NCBI GenBank assembly: GCA_947454495.1
Contig: CANGKD010000001.1
Coordinates: 1 to 52,047, forward strand
Reading direction: 5' to 3'
From: Actinomycetota bacterium
Lineage (GTDB): Bacteria > Actinomycetota > Actinomycetes > Actinomycetales > Microbacteriaceae
DNA: 52,047 bases
In this document: positions 1-9,481 of the stretch, piece by piece
How positions within the stretch are numbered: the first letter of the stretch is position 1
How the letters are laid out: each line of letters starts with the position of its first letter
The notes under the pieces: generated by a model
What the model saw: only the letters and a program-made list of their open reading frames with translations
What the model was told of the DNA's origin: nothing
The model's database searches: none
Position numbers and translations under genes: made by a program

Positions 1-131
1 CGAACCCGCTGGGCAAGATTACGGCGTCACAGCGTCTCCGTGTATCAATGTCACGGTTCTTCTTTGAGGACCGCATTGCCCCCGTCACGCCGACGGAATA
101 CCAAGCGGCCTTGGAACACTCGAGCCACTAG
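1..131 (+). CDS. 3' end of an unidentified CDS (partial, runs off the left edge)
   Basis: Frame 3 is open from the window edge (NPLGKITASQRLRVSMSRFFFEDRIAPVTPTEYQAALEHSSH*). TAG at 129-131 is followed 12 nt later by a perfect hairpin terminator. Family not recognised. Confidence 0.5.
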   Translation, partial: NPLGKITASQRLRVSMSRFFFEDRIAPVTPTEYQAALEHSSH

Positions 132-143
132 GTTCATCTTCAC

Positions 144-182
144 GAGTGCCCCGACACGTCTCGTGTCGGGGCACTCCCTTTT
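144..182 (+). terminator. Intrinsic terminator
   Basis: Perfect 15-bp stem GAGTGCCCCGACACG (144-158) / CGTGTCGGGGCACTC (162-176) with a 3-nt loop, followed by CCTTTTGTG. Confidence 0.85.
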
Positions 183-228
183 GTGTTCATCCCCGAGGTG
201 TAGGTGTCGCGATGCTTCTGCGCCATAG

Positions 229-708
229 GCCTATGCACCAACGAATCGTGACTTCGAATCCGTAAGAATTCCCCGATTGCGATATCTGGCGGTTGATGGC
301 CACGGCGACCCTGACGCCCCTCGTTTTAGGAGCGCGGTGACTCGTCTTTTCACGTCGGCATTCATGACTGGTCAACGGGATCGATGGTCATGGACTCTCT
401 TGAGTGTGATACCCGATTGGGTAGACATCGACGCGATCGTGGCCGCACGAGACTCTTCACTCGTCAAAGACCCGAGCGTACCAATTGTTTCGATTCGAGA
501 AATCGAGGAGGGCCTGTGCCTTCAGATGCTGCACATTGGCACTTGTGCGTCTGAAACAAGACACCTCGCGCGCCTACACAATGAGCTCATGCCTTACCAA
601 GGCTTGACATTTGCGGGACCCCACCACGAGATATGCCTCAGCGACATGCGCCGAACGCAGCCGGATCGGCTTCGTACGATACTGCGTCAACCCGTCAAAC
701 CGACGTGA
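229..708 (+). pseudogene. GyrI-like small-molecule-binding domain gene, probably decayed (N-terminus lost, internal in-frame deletion)
   Basis: The C-terminal half matches the family well (LHIGTCASE..., HHEICLSDMRRTQPDRLRTILRQPV). Similarity continues upstream of the only start (TTG 277) to a TAG at 226-228 (YAPTNRDFESVRIPRLRYLAVDGHGDP). About 35-45 aa that normally carry the PLEGLWW segment are missing between ...RLFTSAF and RDRWSWTLLSVIPDWV. Confidence 0.5.
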
Positions 709-736
709 GTCATTGTCGCACATGCTAAACACACAT

Positions 737-765
737 CGGGCGCCTCGTCTTGTAACAGGCGCCCG
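737..765. terminator. GC-rich hairpin between convergent genes (candidate bidirectional terminator)
   Basis: 8-bp stem CGGGCGCC (737-744) / GGCGCCCG (758-765) with a 13-nt loop. It lies 29 nt after the GyrI-like stop and 40 nt after the ctaF stop. There is no clean U-tract. A second small hairpin at 786-803 (CGAGGT/ACCTCG) abuts the ctaF stop. Confidence 0.4.
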
Positions 766-804
766 TGCATGGCCAGATGAGTGACCGAGGTTGTTCGACC
801 TCGT

Positions 805-1224
805 TTAGTGGCCGAAGTTTCCGCGGTAGTACTCGTACGTCCAGCCGACGAGTGCGATGATCACCAGTGGAATGCCGATCAGAGCGATCCACACGCCCAC
901 GGCAAGGCCAAGGAACGCCAAGCCAATGGCAAAGCCAAGAACCAGGGGCCACCAGCTCCAGGGGCTGAAGTGACCCAGCTCCGGATCGGCGTCGTCAATG
1001 TCTGCTTCGGGACGGTCTTCGGGGAGAAGAATCCCACCCTGTGAGCGATTCACGGCGTTCAAGAAGAACGCGATAAAGCCCGCGAGAATGGCCGACAGAA
1101 GAATTCCGACGGTACCGACGACTTCCCACGTACCCGTTGCCAAAACGTTCCACACGGTATACACGGCCGATGCAACGAGAAAGAAAGCACCGAGAACCGT
1201 CAATAGGACGATGTTGCCCTTCAT
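805..1224 (-). CDS. ctaF: Cytochrome c oxidase subunit 4 (actinobacterial CtaF)
   Basis: 139 aa, four TM segments, ELGHFSPWSWWP and WTYEYY motifs as in Rv2199c. Sits immediately downstream of ctaD. Confidence 0.9.
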   Translation of the reverse strand: MKGNIVLLTVLGAFFLVASAVYTVWNVLATGTWEVVGTVGILLSAILAGFIAFFLNAVNRSQGGILLPEDRPEADIDDADPELGHFSPWSWWPLVLGFAIGLAFLGLAVGVWIALIGIPLVIIALVGWTYEYYRGNFGH

Positions 1225-1229
1225 TTGAG

Positions 1230-2963
1230 CTAGCCCTTCTTCACTGAGGTAATTGCTGCGTTCGAGGTTCCGCCGCTGAGTGCATAGCCTGCCGGAGCAA
1301 GTTCGGGGTGGTTCAGGTCAAATGCCGGCGACTCACTACGAATACGAGGGATGCTCGTGAAGTTGTGGCGAGGTGGCGGACAGCTGGTTGCCCACTCGAG
1401 CGAGCGCGACGTTCCCCACGGGTCGTCCACCGTAACCTTGGGCGCGTAGCGCGCGGTCAGGTAGATGTTGAGGAGCCACGGCAACAGAGAGATCGCCATG
1501 ATGAGTGATCCGATGGACGAAAGCTGGTTCATCCACGTAAAGCCATCGTCAGGAAGATAGGTCGCATAACGACGTGGCATTCCGATAACGCCGAGCCAGT
1601 GCTGAATCAAGAACGTTGCGTGGAATCCAATAAACATCAGCCAGAAATGAATCATGCCCAGTCGCTCGTTGAGCATCTTGCCGGTCCACTTGGGCCACCA
1701 GAAGTAAATTCCGGCAAAGAGCCCAAAGACAATCGCGCCCACGACGACATAGTGGAAGTGCGCCACGATGAAGTAGGAGTCCGAAACGTGGAAGTCGAGC
1801 GGGGGCGACGCAAGGATGATTCCGGTCAGTCCGCCGAAAACAAAGTTGAAGACGAATCCCAATGACCAGACCATGGGTGTTTCGAAGGTGACCGACCCCC
1901 GCCACATTGTGCCAATCCAGTTGAATATCTTGACGCCCGTCGGCACCGCGATAAGCATCGTCAGCAGCGCGAAGAAGGGCAAAAGTACGGAACCCGTCAC
2001 ATACATGTGGTGAGCCCACACGGTCATGGAGAGAGCGCCGATTGCAATCGTTGCGTAGACGAGTGTCTTGTAACCAAAAATCGGCTTCCTGCTGAACACC
2101 GGGAAGATTTCAGACACGATTCCAAAGAAGGGCAAAACGAGAATGTAGACCTCTGGATGCCCGAAGAACCAGAACAAGTGTTGCCACAGGATGGCGCCAC
2201 CCGTCTCGACGTCGTAGACGTGAGAGTGGAAGATTCGATCGGATGCCAACGCGAGAAGCGCGGCGGCCAAGATCGGAAAGACGAGAATAACGAGGATCGA
2301 CGTAACGAGAATATTCCACGTGAAGATGGACATGCGGAACATCGTCATACCGGGCGCACGCATCGTGATGATGGTTGTGATGAAGTTCACGGCGCCCAGA
2401 ATGGTTCCAAAACCACCCATGGCCAGACCCATGACCCACATATTGGATCCGATGCCCGGAGAGAACGTCTGAGAACTCAACGGTGTGTAGGCGAACCAAC
2501 CGAAGCTGGCGGATCCCGCAGGAGTGAAGAAGCCACCCACCACAATCAGCGCACCGAAAAAGTAGAGCCAGAACGAGAGCATATTCAGACGGGGGAAAGC
2601 GACGTCTGGTGCACCAATCTGAAGGGGCACCAACTCGTTGGCCAATCCCGCAAATAGCGGGGTTGCCACGAGGAGCAGCATGATCGTTCCGTGCATCGTG
2701 AACATCTGGTTGTACTGCTCTTTGGTCGCCAGCACGTTCAGTCCGGGTGCAAAGAGCTGCGCACGGATGAGAAGCGCCATGACGCCACCAATGAGGAAGT
2801 ACACCATCGAGGTAATGATGTACATGTGACCAATAATTTTGTGGTCTGTCGACGTGAGCCAACGGACTACAACGTTGCCCTTCGAGACGGCCCGCGTAAC
2901 TCCCACCGTTTGGGGACCGGACGCGGCGTTGTCGACCGGAGTCGGAACAAGAGTTGTGCTCAT
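1230..2963 (-). CDS. ctaD: Cytochrome c oxidase subunit I
   Basis: 577 aa. Haem-copper oxidase signatures are present ([24 protein letters not shown]). Confidence 0.97.
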   Translation of the reverse strand: MSTTLVPTPVDNAASGPQTVGVTRAVSKGNVVVRWLTSTDHKIIGHMYIITSMVYFLIGGVMALLIRAQLFAPGLNVLATKEQYNQMFTMHGTIMLLLVATPLFAGLANELVPLQIGAPDVAFPRLNMLSFWLYFFGALIVVGGFFTPAGSASFGWFAYTPLSSQTFSPGIGSNMWVMGLAMGGFGTILGAVNFITTIITMRAPGMTMFRMSIFTWNILVTSILVILVFPILAAALLALASDRIFHSHVYDVETGGAILWQHLFWFFGHPEVYILVLPFFGIVSEIFPVFSRKPIFGYKTLVYATIAIGALSMTVWAHHMYVTGSVLLPFFALLTMLIAVPTGVKIFNWIGTMWRGSVTFETPMVWSLGFVFNFVFGGLTGIILASPPLDFHVSDSYFIVAHFHYVVVGAIVFGLFAGIYFWWPKWTGKMLNERLGMIHFWLMFIGFHATFLIQHWLGVIGMPRRYATYLPDDGFTWMNQLSSIGSLIMAISLLPWLLNIYLTARYAPKVTVDDPWGTSRSLEWATSCPPPRHNFTSIPRIRSESPAFDLNHPELAPAGYALSGGTSNAAITSVKKG

Positions 2964-2974
2964 GATTTCAGCTC

Positions 2975-3850
2975 CTACTTCTTAGCTGACTCGGCCACGA
3001 TGTTGGCCTGCCCAAGGTTGCGGTTGTATTCGGTTCCTAGCTGTCCTTCAAATCCTTTGTCACGCAGTGACTGGATGTAGGCGTCGTACTCGGCCTGAGA
3101 GACAACCTTCACCTCGAAAAGCATCTGCGAGTGGAACTCTCCACAGAGTTCAGCGCATTTGCCCTTGTACGTGCCCTCACGCTCCGGCACGAACGACATG
3201 TAATTCGTCTTACCCGGGATCATGTCTTTCTTGTACAAGAAATCGATGACCCAGAAGGAGTGAATGACGTCGCGTGCCTGAAGCTGAATCTCGACGGTCT
3301 TTCCGACCGGAAGATACAGAGTCGGAATCGACGCGGGGTCGATTGAGCCCTGCGGGGCATCCGGAGACAAATCTGGCTGCACCTGGATGCCGGAGTAATA
3401 GACATCTTCATTGGTGTAGTTGAAGTCCCACGCCCACTGCTTGCCGAACGCTTGAATCGTCACATCCGGGTTCTCGTAGCGCTGCTCGATGATCGCCTCG
3501 TCACGTGCGGTGAACGCGAAGAACCCAAGGATGAGAATGAGCGGAACGGCCGTGAAGAAAACCTCGATGGGGAGGTTGTAACGAAGTTGAACTGGCATGC
3601 CGGTCTGTCCCTGGCGACGACGGTAAATCACCATTGCCCAAATCATCAGTCCCCACGTGATGGCGCCGACTCCGAGCAGAATGATCCAACTGGTAACCCA
3701 CAGTCCCGTTACCCGGTCGGTGTGGTTCGTCACGCCTGGTTCACCGGGGAGGTAGCCACGAAGTTCTTGCTGAGTACATCCTGCAAGCAACAGTGCGAGG
3801 CTGCTCGCAACGGGAATCGCAAGCCACTTCAGGCGATGATTCTTGACCAC
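2975..3850 (-). CDS. ctaC: Cytochrome c oxidase subunit II (lipoprotein)
   Basis: CuA site [12 protein letters not shown] and lipobox LLLAGC. The ORF opens at TTG 3889, but GTG 3850 follows GGAAAGG at SD distance and gives a normal signal peptide ([14 protein letters not shown]...). Confidence 0.92.
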   Translation of the reverse strand: MVKNHRLKWLAIPVASSLALLLAGCTQQELRGYLPGEPGVTNHTDRVTGLWVTSWIILLGVGAITWGLMIWAMVIYRRRQGQTGMPVQLRYNLPIEVFFTAVPLILILGFFAFTARDEAIIEQRYENPDVTIQAFGKQWAWDFNYTNEDVYYSGIQVQPDLSPDAPQGSIDPASIPTLYLPVGKTVEIQLQARDVIHSFWVIDFLYKKDMIPGKTNYMSFVPEREGTYKGKCAELCGEFHSQMLFEVKVVSQAEYDAYIQSLRDKGFEGQLGTEYNRNLGQANIVAESAKK

Positions 3851-3976
3851 CGGATACCTTTCCCAAGACGGACAAATGACTGCCGCCAATGCAGTTCTGA
3901 CTCGCTTAGCCTATCGCGCGTGCGAGTCGGACACGCGCCGTTACGCGGGTCAAAATTTCCGCTGAGTGAAGAAGTG

Positions 3977-4016
3977 CAGCCCCTCTCCTGGCGAAGTGAC
4001 CGCAGGAAAGGGGCTG
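3977..4016 (-). terminator. Hairpin downstream of the erpA-like gene (candidate terminator)
   Basis: CAGCCCCT(C)TCCTG / CAGGA(A)AGGGGCTG gives 13 bp with one mismatch and a 12-nt loop, 34 nt after the stop at 4050. The trailing sequence is only moderately U-rich. Confidence 0.45.
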
Positions 4017-4049
4017 ACGTTGTCGGCACTCTGCGTGCCGTTGAAGTAC

Positions 4050-4403
4050 TTAGTGGAACGAATCTCCACAGGCGCAGCTACCCTGCGCGTTCGGGTTGTC
4101 AATCGTGAAGCCTTGCTTCTCAATCGTGTCCTGAAAATCAATGGTGGAGCCGTCCAAGTAGGGGCCACTTTTGCGATCGACGATGACACCTACCCCATCA
4201 AATTCAACGATGGCGTCGCCTTCTTCCACTCTCTCGTCAAAAAACAGTTGATAGATGAGACCGGAACATCCGCCCGATTCGACGGCAAGTCGCAAGCGGT
4301 AATCCTGATTGTCTTCTTGGGCGAGAAGGTTCTTGACCTTGGTCGCGGCAGCGGGAGTGAGTGTCACTCCGTGGGCAACCTGTGACGTAGTTTCCATGCT
4401 CAT
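4050..4403 (-). CDS. erpA: HesB/IscA-family iron-sulfur cluster insertion protein (ErpA-like)
   Basis: Contains GGCSG and the C-terminal CACGDSF motif. ATG 4403 overlaps the upstream stop (ATGA), and the longer ORF to 4475 would lie inside the dipeptidase gene. Confidence 0.9.
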   Translation of the reverse strand: MSMETTSQVAHGVTLTPAAATKVKNLLAQEDNQDYRLRLAVESGGCSGLIYQLFFDERVEEGDAIVEFDGVGVIVDRKSGPYLDGSTIDFQDTIEKQGFTIDNPNAQGSCACGDSFH

Positions 4404-5842
4404 GACATCGATTCTAGGCGCGGGTTTATTCCCGGCGCATCGTTGAGTCCCCACAGGAGCAACGTCTGAGCGCACACCGCCTTGCGCAGAACATCGAGAT
4501 CGAGAGATTCGTTTGTGCCGTGCGCGCGAGAATCAGGGTCTTCGACTCCCGTTACGAGAACTTCGGCTTCGGGAAAAAGTTGTTTGAAGGTTGCAATGAA
4601 CGGAATCGATCCGCCGACGCCCATGTCTATCGGATCGGCTCCCCACGCCTCGGCCATAGTTTCGCGAGCAGTGCGCGCGGCGGAACCCTCGCCGGCGTCG
4701 AGAAACGCCTCACCAAGACTGATGTCGTCGAGTGCCACAGAAGCACCGAACGGCGTGTTTGCCTCGATGTGTTGACGTACGGCCTCCAGCGCATCCGCGG
4801 CGGTTTGTCCCGGAGCAACCCGAACGCTCACGCGCATCCGCACGCTGGGTAGCAGAGTATTGGAGGCACTCTCTACTGGCGGAGCATCAATGCCGGTAAC
4901 AGTCACGGCAGGTTGCGACCACAGTCGGTGCAAGACATCCCCCGTGCCGATGAGGTGGGCCGACGGAACGAGCGACGCTTCTTCGCGAAGTGTCTCTTCG
5001 ACATACTCCGGCACTGCCCGAGGTTGGCTGTGCAGGCCCTCAATGGCCACCGAACCCTCACGTGTATAGAACGAGCTAACAAGGCGCGCTGCGGCCATCA
5101 TCGCGTCGGGAACGGCGCCGCCGAACATCCCGGAATGCACACCGTGTTCGAGGGTGCGCACGGTCAACGCGAACGTCACGTTGCCTCGCAAACTGATGGT
5201 CAGTGCGGGAACTGTCGTGCTCCAGTTACCCGAATCGGCAACGATGATGACGTCGGACTCCAGACGATCTCGGTAAGTGGCGAGAAAGTTGTCGAACGAT
5301 GGTGAACCGAATTCTTCTTCGCCCTCGATGAATACGACTAGCCCCAGCTCCAACTCCTGAGCGAGTTCGTCCATCAACGCAAGCGACGTAAGGTGCGTGA
5401 CAATTCCGGCTTTGTCATCTGCCGTGCCCCGTCCGTAAAGTCGACCATGGCGACGCGTAGGTTCGAACGCTGGGCTTTCCCAGTCCCCCTCGTTACCCGG
5501 TGGCTGAACATCGTGATGCGCGTAGAGCAGGACGGTGGGTCGACCACTGCGAGCGGCCCGTCGGGCGACAACCGCGGGTTGGCCCCACGTCGGTGACTCC
5601 CCCGGTCGGACTTCTTCACCGGACGGTGTCGTGGTGGCACGGAGAATCTCGACCGACTCAAAAATGGCAAGTTTTTCCAGTAGGGCAGCGACCGCTTTCG
5701 CACTGCGCTCTACGTTTGCGGAGTCGAATGCCGGCCACGATACCGACGGGATTCTCACGAGTGAACTCAGCGTCTCGACAATGTCGTTCCACTTGATATC
5801 GATCAGGGCATGCACGGACTGCGCGCGAGTCAGGTCAGACAT
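4400..5842 (-). CDS. M20-family dipeptidase / metallo-hydrolase
   Basis: Typical M20 layout and metal-ligand motifs (LYAHHDVQPPG, GRGTADDKAG, EGEEEFGS). Start ATG 5842 (MSDLTRAQ...) is preceded by TAAGAT 7 nt upstream and has no SD, so it is a leaderless candidate. Confidence 0.85.
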   Translation of the reverse strand: MSDLTRAQSVHALIDIKWNDIVETLSSLVRIPSVSWPAFDSANVERSAKAVAALLEKLAIFESVEILRATTTPSGEEVRPGESPTWGQPAVVARRAARSGRPTVLLYAHHDVQPPGNEGDWESPAFEPTRRHGRLYGRGTADDKAGIVTHLTSLALMDELAQELELGLVVFIEGEEEFGSPSFDNFLATYRDRLESDVIIVADSGNWSTTVPALTISLRGNVTFALTVRTLEHGVHSGMFGGAVPDAMMAAARLVSSFYTREGSVAIEGLHSQPRAVPEYVEETLREEASLVPSAHLIGTGDVLHRLWSQPAVTVTGIDAPPVESASNTLLPSVRMRVSVRVAPGQTAADALEAVRQHIEANTPFGASVALDDISLGEAFLDAGEGSAARTARETMAEAWGADPIDMGVGGSIPFIATFKQLFPEAEVLVTGVEDPDSRAHGTNESLDLDVLRKAVCAQTLLLWGLNDAPGINPRLESMS

Positions 5843-5895
5843 GCGGGTAATCTTATGGGCGAAAGCGTGCTCGTTCGCAGTCGAACGAGAGAGAC

Positions 5896-6507
5896 ATGTC
5901 CGTCGCATCAAAAGGAAACCACGTGGCTAAGAACGAAAACGTTGAAGTTACCTCTCCCACGGCCGCCGAAACCGCGTCGGGGAAAGGCCACGCCACCCCG
6001 TCGCGCAAAGAACGAGAAGCCGCAAACAAGCGGCCACTCGTTCCGAACGACCGTCGCGCGGCAGCGAAAGCCGATCGTGAGGCGGTTGCAAAACAGCGCG
6101 AGCGGGCACGAATCGGCATGGCAACCGGCGACGAACGATACTTGCCGCGCCGTGACCGCGGACCTCAACGGCGTTTCGTCCGAGATTATGTGGATGCACG
6201 ATACAACGTCGGCGAATTGATGGTTCCGCTGATGCTCCTGGTTATCGTTGCCACCTTCGCCGACACGCTACAAATTGGCTCACTCACGCTTGCCGAGGCG
6301 GGCATTCTCGCCATGTGGGGATTCCTCGTGGTGGTCATCCTCGATGCCCTCATCTTGGGAGCGACCATCCGCCGTCGCGTGCGGGCGAAGTTTGGCGCCG
6401 AAAACGCCGAGCGGGGCCTGAGTTGGTATGCCGCGATGCGGTCCATTCAAATGCGACCCATGCGCATGCCGAAGCCCCAGGTGAAAAGGCGCAATTTCCC
6501 CGAATAA
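5896..6507 (+). CDS. DUF3043 domain-containing membrane protein
   Basis: Basic N-terminus (GKGHATPSRKEREAANKRPLVP), RRFVRDYVDARYNVGE, then two TM segments, the characteristic actinobacterial DUF3043 architecture. Confidence 0.85.
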   Translation: MSVASKGNHVAKNENVEVTSPTAAETASGKGHATPSRKEREAANKRPLVPNDRRAAAKADREAVAKQRERARIGMATGDERYLPRRDRGPQRRFVRDYVDARYNVGELMVPLMLLVIVATFADTLQIGSLTLAEAGILAMWGFLVVVILDALILGATIRRRVRAKFGAENAERGLSWYAAMRSIQMRPMRMPKPQVKRRNFPE

Positions 6508-6531
6508 GGCCTGCCTAACCCTGTCTTATCG

Positions 6532-6547
6532 CGTCAACGCGTTGACG
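6532..6547. terminator. Perfect 16-nt palindrome between convergent DUF3043 and pyrD (weak hairpin or operator)
   Basis: CGTCAACGCGTTGACG, a 6-bp stem with a CGCG loop. No U-tract on either strand. Confidence 0.3.
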
Positions 6548-6557
6548 GGGTCACTAG

Positions 6558-7628
6558 TTACGCGACAGACAGCCCTCGGTTAATTCGTCGGGCCCACCAC
6601 GGTCCCTGGTAGATATACCCGGTATATCCCTGGACGAGCGTCGCACCATCTGCCAATCTTTGCGTGACGTCAGCGGGCGTCTCCACACCACCGACGGAAA
6701 TCACACAGAAGTCTGCTGGAACGATTCTCTTGATGCGCCGAAGTATCTCAGAACTCCGGTGGGCCACAGGAGGGCCGGACAGTCCACCCGCGCCAATCTT
6801 TTCGACGACGCTTGCCGGTGTGCGAAGTGCATCCCGCGAAATGGTCGTATTGGTCGCGATGATGCCGTCGAGTGAAAGTCGAACGCAGAGCTGGGCAATC
6901 TCATCCACTTGATCGTCGCTCAAATCGGGCGCAATCTTGACAAGAAGAGGAACCGAACCGGCCGCGTCTTTCACCGCGGTGAGAAGAGGCTCTAACGTCG
7001 AAAGTTCTTGGAGTCCACGAAGTCCTGGCGTATTCGGTGAGCTCACGTTGACGACAAGGTAATCCGCGAGCGGGGCAAGAATCTTGGTGCTCGTGAGGTA
7101 GTCGGCCTGTGCATCATCGACGTCGACAACACGACTCTTGCCAATGTTGACGCCAATAATGGGGCGATTCCTGATTCGACGAAGTTTCATCAGGCGTCGA
7201 GCGACGACTCCTGCGCCGTCATTGTTGAACCCCATCCGATTGATCAGTGCTCGATCGGGGATGAGCCGGAACAAACGCGGACGCGGGTTTCCCGGCTGCG
7301 CAATCGCCGTCACCGTGCCCACTTCGACATGACCGAAGCCAAACGCGCCCAACCCAATTGCCATTTCTGCGTTCTTATCAAAACCCGCGGCCACGCCAAA
7401 CGGGGTGGCAAAAGACATACCCAGTGTCTCGACGTGCACATCTCGCGGCGGTCGGCAAATTCCACGAATAACTGACCTCACGCCCGGCAAACCGGCAAAC
7501 CGAATGACCAGTGCTGCAACGCCGTGAGCGCGTTCGGGTGACATTCGTGAGAAGACCGACCAGAACAAAAACCGATAGGCGAGATTTCCGGTAGCCGACT
7601 CAACCCCTGCGCCTGCGCTGGTAGTCAC
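6558..7628 (-). CDS. pyrD: Quinone-dependent dihydroorotate dehydrogenase (class 2)
   Basis: 356 aa with an N-terminal membrane-association extension, [17 protein letters not shown] and GGVETPADV motifs. The GTG start overlaps the nrdR stop (GTGA). Confidence 0.93.
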   Translation of the reverse strand: MTTSAGAGVESATGNLAYRFLFWSVFSRMSPERAHGVAALVIRFAGLPGVRSVIRGICRPPRDVHVETLGMSFATPFGVAAGFDKNAEMAIGLGAFGFGHVEVGTVTAIAQPGNPRPRLFRLIPDRALINRMGFNNDGAGVVARRLMKLRRIRNRPIIGVNIGKSRVVDVDDAQADYLTSTKILAPLADYLVVNVSSPNTPGLRGLQELSTLEPLLTAVKDAAGSVPLLVKIAPDLSDDQVDEIAQLCVRLSLDGIIATNTTISRDALRTPASVVEKIGAGGLSGPPVAHRSSEILRRIKRIVPADFCVISVGGVETPADVTQRLADGATLVQGYTGYIYQGPWWARRINRGLSVA

Positions 7629-8119
7629 GATGTTGCCTCAGGCCCCGGGGCGGCAGTTGGCGACGAGGTCGCCACACGTTCACGGCGAAGATCCGTGACC
7701 GCACGCTCGAAATCGTCGAGTGATTCAAACGCCTGATAGACGCTGGCAAATCGCAGGTAGGCGACTTCGTCAAGTGTTTTCAGCGGTGGCAGAATTGACA
7801 GTCCAATCTCATTAGCGTCAATCTGGCTCACACCAGTTGCCCGAATGGACTCCTCCACTTGCGCCGCAAGTCCGGCGAGATCAGCGTCGGTTACGGGCCG
7901 GCCCTGACATGCCTTTCGAACACCCGACACGATTTTTTCCCGGCTAAACGGTTCGACAACGCCCGAGCGCTTGATGACAGACAGACTGGCCGTCTCGGTG
8001 GTGCTGAACCGCCCACCACACTCCGGGCATTGACGTCGACGGCGAATCGAGAGCCCATCGTCAGAGGTGCGGGAATCAATGACCCGTGAGTCTGGGTGTC
8101 GGCAGAATGGACAAAACAT
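7625..8119 (-). CDS. nrdR: Transcriptional repressor NrdR
   Basis: [17 protein letters not shown]...[12 protein letters not shown] zinc ribbon followed by an ATP-cone. Confidence 0.95.
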   Translation of the reverse strand: MFCPFCRHPDSRVIDSRTSDDGLSIRRRRQCPECGGRFSTTETASLSVIKRSGVVEPFSREKIVSGVRKACQGRPVTDADLAGLAAQVEESIRATGVSQIDANEIGLSILPPLKTLDEVAYLRFASVYQAFESLDDFERAVTDLRRERVATSSPTAAPGPEATS

Positions 8120-8122
8120 CTC

Positions 8123-9469
8123 TCAGTCCTCGTTCTCACTGTCGGTCGAATTCGGCCGAGAAGCCGACTCAAAGCGTGCGTCAACGGCATCGGCATGCGC
8201 GGGCAAGTTTTCGTCGTCGGCGAAAACACGGATGTGCGCCCGGACCTCTCGAAGTGCATCCTCGTCATACTCGACGACTTGCTGTGCGCGCAAAAACGTA
8301 TAGGCTCCGAGGCCGGACGAGAACGCTGCCTGCCCCGCCGTGGGCAACACGTGGTTCGAGCCAGCCAGATAATCGCCCAGGCTGACGGGAGTTGTCTGGC
8401 CCAAGAAGATGGCGCCCGCGTTCACCAATCGCGGCACGAGTTCGTGAGGGTGTTGCGTGTGCACCTCGAGGTGTTCGGGCGCGTAGAGGTTAGACACCAT
8501 GATCGCAACATCGAGGGTAGGAACCACAACAAATGCGGATTGGTCACCCGAAAGGGCAACCTCGACTCGGTGGCGGTGAGTCGTTCGGGAAGAGTAATTC
8601 AGAAGTTCACGCTCGACGGCTTCAACAAGCGCAGGCGACGTCGTCACGAGAACTGCTGACGCCAGTTCGTCGTGTTCCGCTTGAGAAACGAGGTCTGCCG
8701 CGATGAGCGACGGGTTCGCCGTCTCGTCCGCAATGATCAGAATTTCGGTCGGACCTGCTTCGGAATCAATACCCACGACCCCACGAACGAGCCGCTTGGC
8801 AGCTGCCACGAAAACGTTTCCAGGTCCTGTGATAACTCGCACCGGCTCGAGCTCAAGTTGAGGAATTCCGTAAGCGAATGCCCCTATCGCTCCAGCTCCT
8901 CCCATCGCGTAGACCTCGGTGATTCCCAAGAGCGCCGCCGTGGCCAGGATGGTTGGGTGAACACGACCACCGTGATTGCGTTGAGGCGGCGACGCAATAG
9001 CGATGGACGAAACACCGGCCACCTGTGCCGCGACGACATTCATCACCACGCTGGAGGGGTAGACAGCCTTTCCTCCCGGAACATAAAGGCCGACACGTTC
9101 GACGGGAAGCCATCGCTGGGTAATCGATGCACCCGGCGCGACGGTAACCTTTCGCTCCGGTGGCACGCCGGCAGTCGACGCTTCACGTACGCGACGAATG
9201 GACTCAAGGATTGCCGAACGCAAGTCGTTGTCGAGTGACGCGAGAGCATCGTCAAAGTGAGATGCCGGCACGACGATGGAGTGGTTCGAGACTCCATCGA
9301 ATGCGAGGGTCTGTTCGCGAATCGCATCCTCGCCTGAGTCGATGACGTTATCGATGAGCTGACGCGCCGTGATGAGTGCATCGTCAATGTCGGATGTGAT
9401 GCGGGGCAATTTCGCGGTGATGTCCGACCTGGAGAGGTGCGCATCCCGAAGGTCGACTGTTCGCATCAT
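8123..9469 (-). CDS. hisD: Histidinol dehydrogenase
   Basis: 448 aa with [18 protein letters not shown] and full-length similarity to HisD. Confidence 0.95.
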   Translation of the reverse strand: MMRTVDLRDAHLSRSDITAKLPRITSDIDDALITARQLIDNVIDSGEDAIREQTLAFDGVSNHSIVVPASHFDDALASLDNDLRSAILESIRRVREASTAGVPPERKVTVAPGASITQRWLPVERVGLYVPGGKAVYPSSVVMNVVAAQVAGVSSIAIASPPQRNHGGRVHPTILATAALLGITEVYAMGGAGAIGAFAYGIPQLELEPVRVITGPGNVFVAAAKRLVRGVVGIDSEAGPTEILIIADETANPSLIAADLVSQAEHDELASAVLVTTSPALVEAVERELLNYSSRTTHRHRVEVALSGDQSAFVVVPTLDVAIMVSNLYAPEHLEVHTQHPHELVPRLVNAGAIFLGQTTPVSLGDYLAGSNHVLPTAGQAAFSSGLGAYTFLRAQQVVEYDEDALREVRAHIRVFADDENLPAHADAVDARFESASRPNSTDSENED

Positions 9470-9481
9470 GATGCTTCTAGC

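Noticed and set aside
5871-5888. LexA/SOS box, because of the TCGAAC/GTTCG half-sites.
   Set aside because: The arrangement is GTTCG-N4-CGAAC, not the actinobacterial TCGAAC-N4-GTTCGA, so it does not match the SOS operator.
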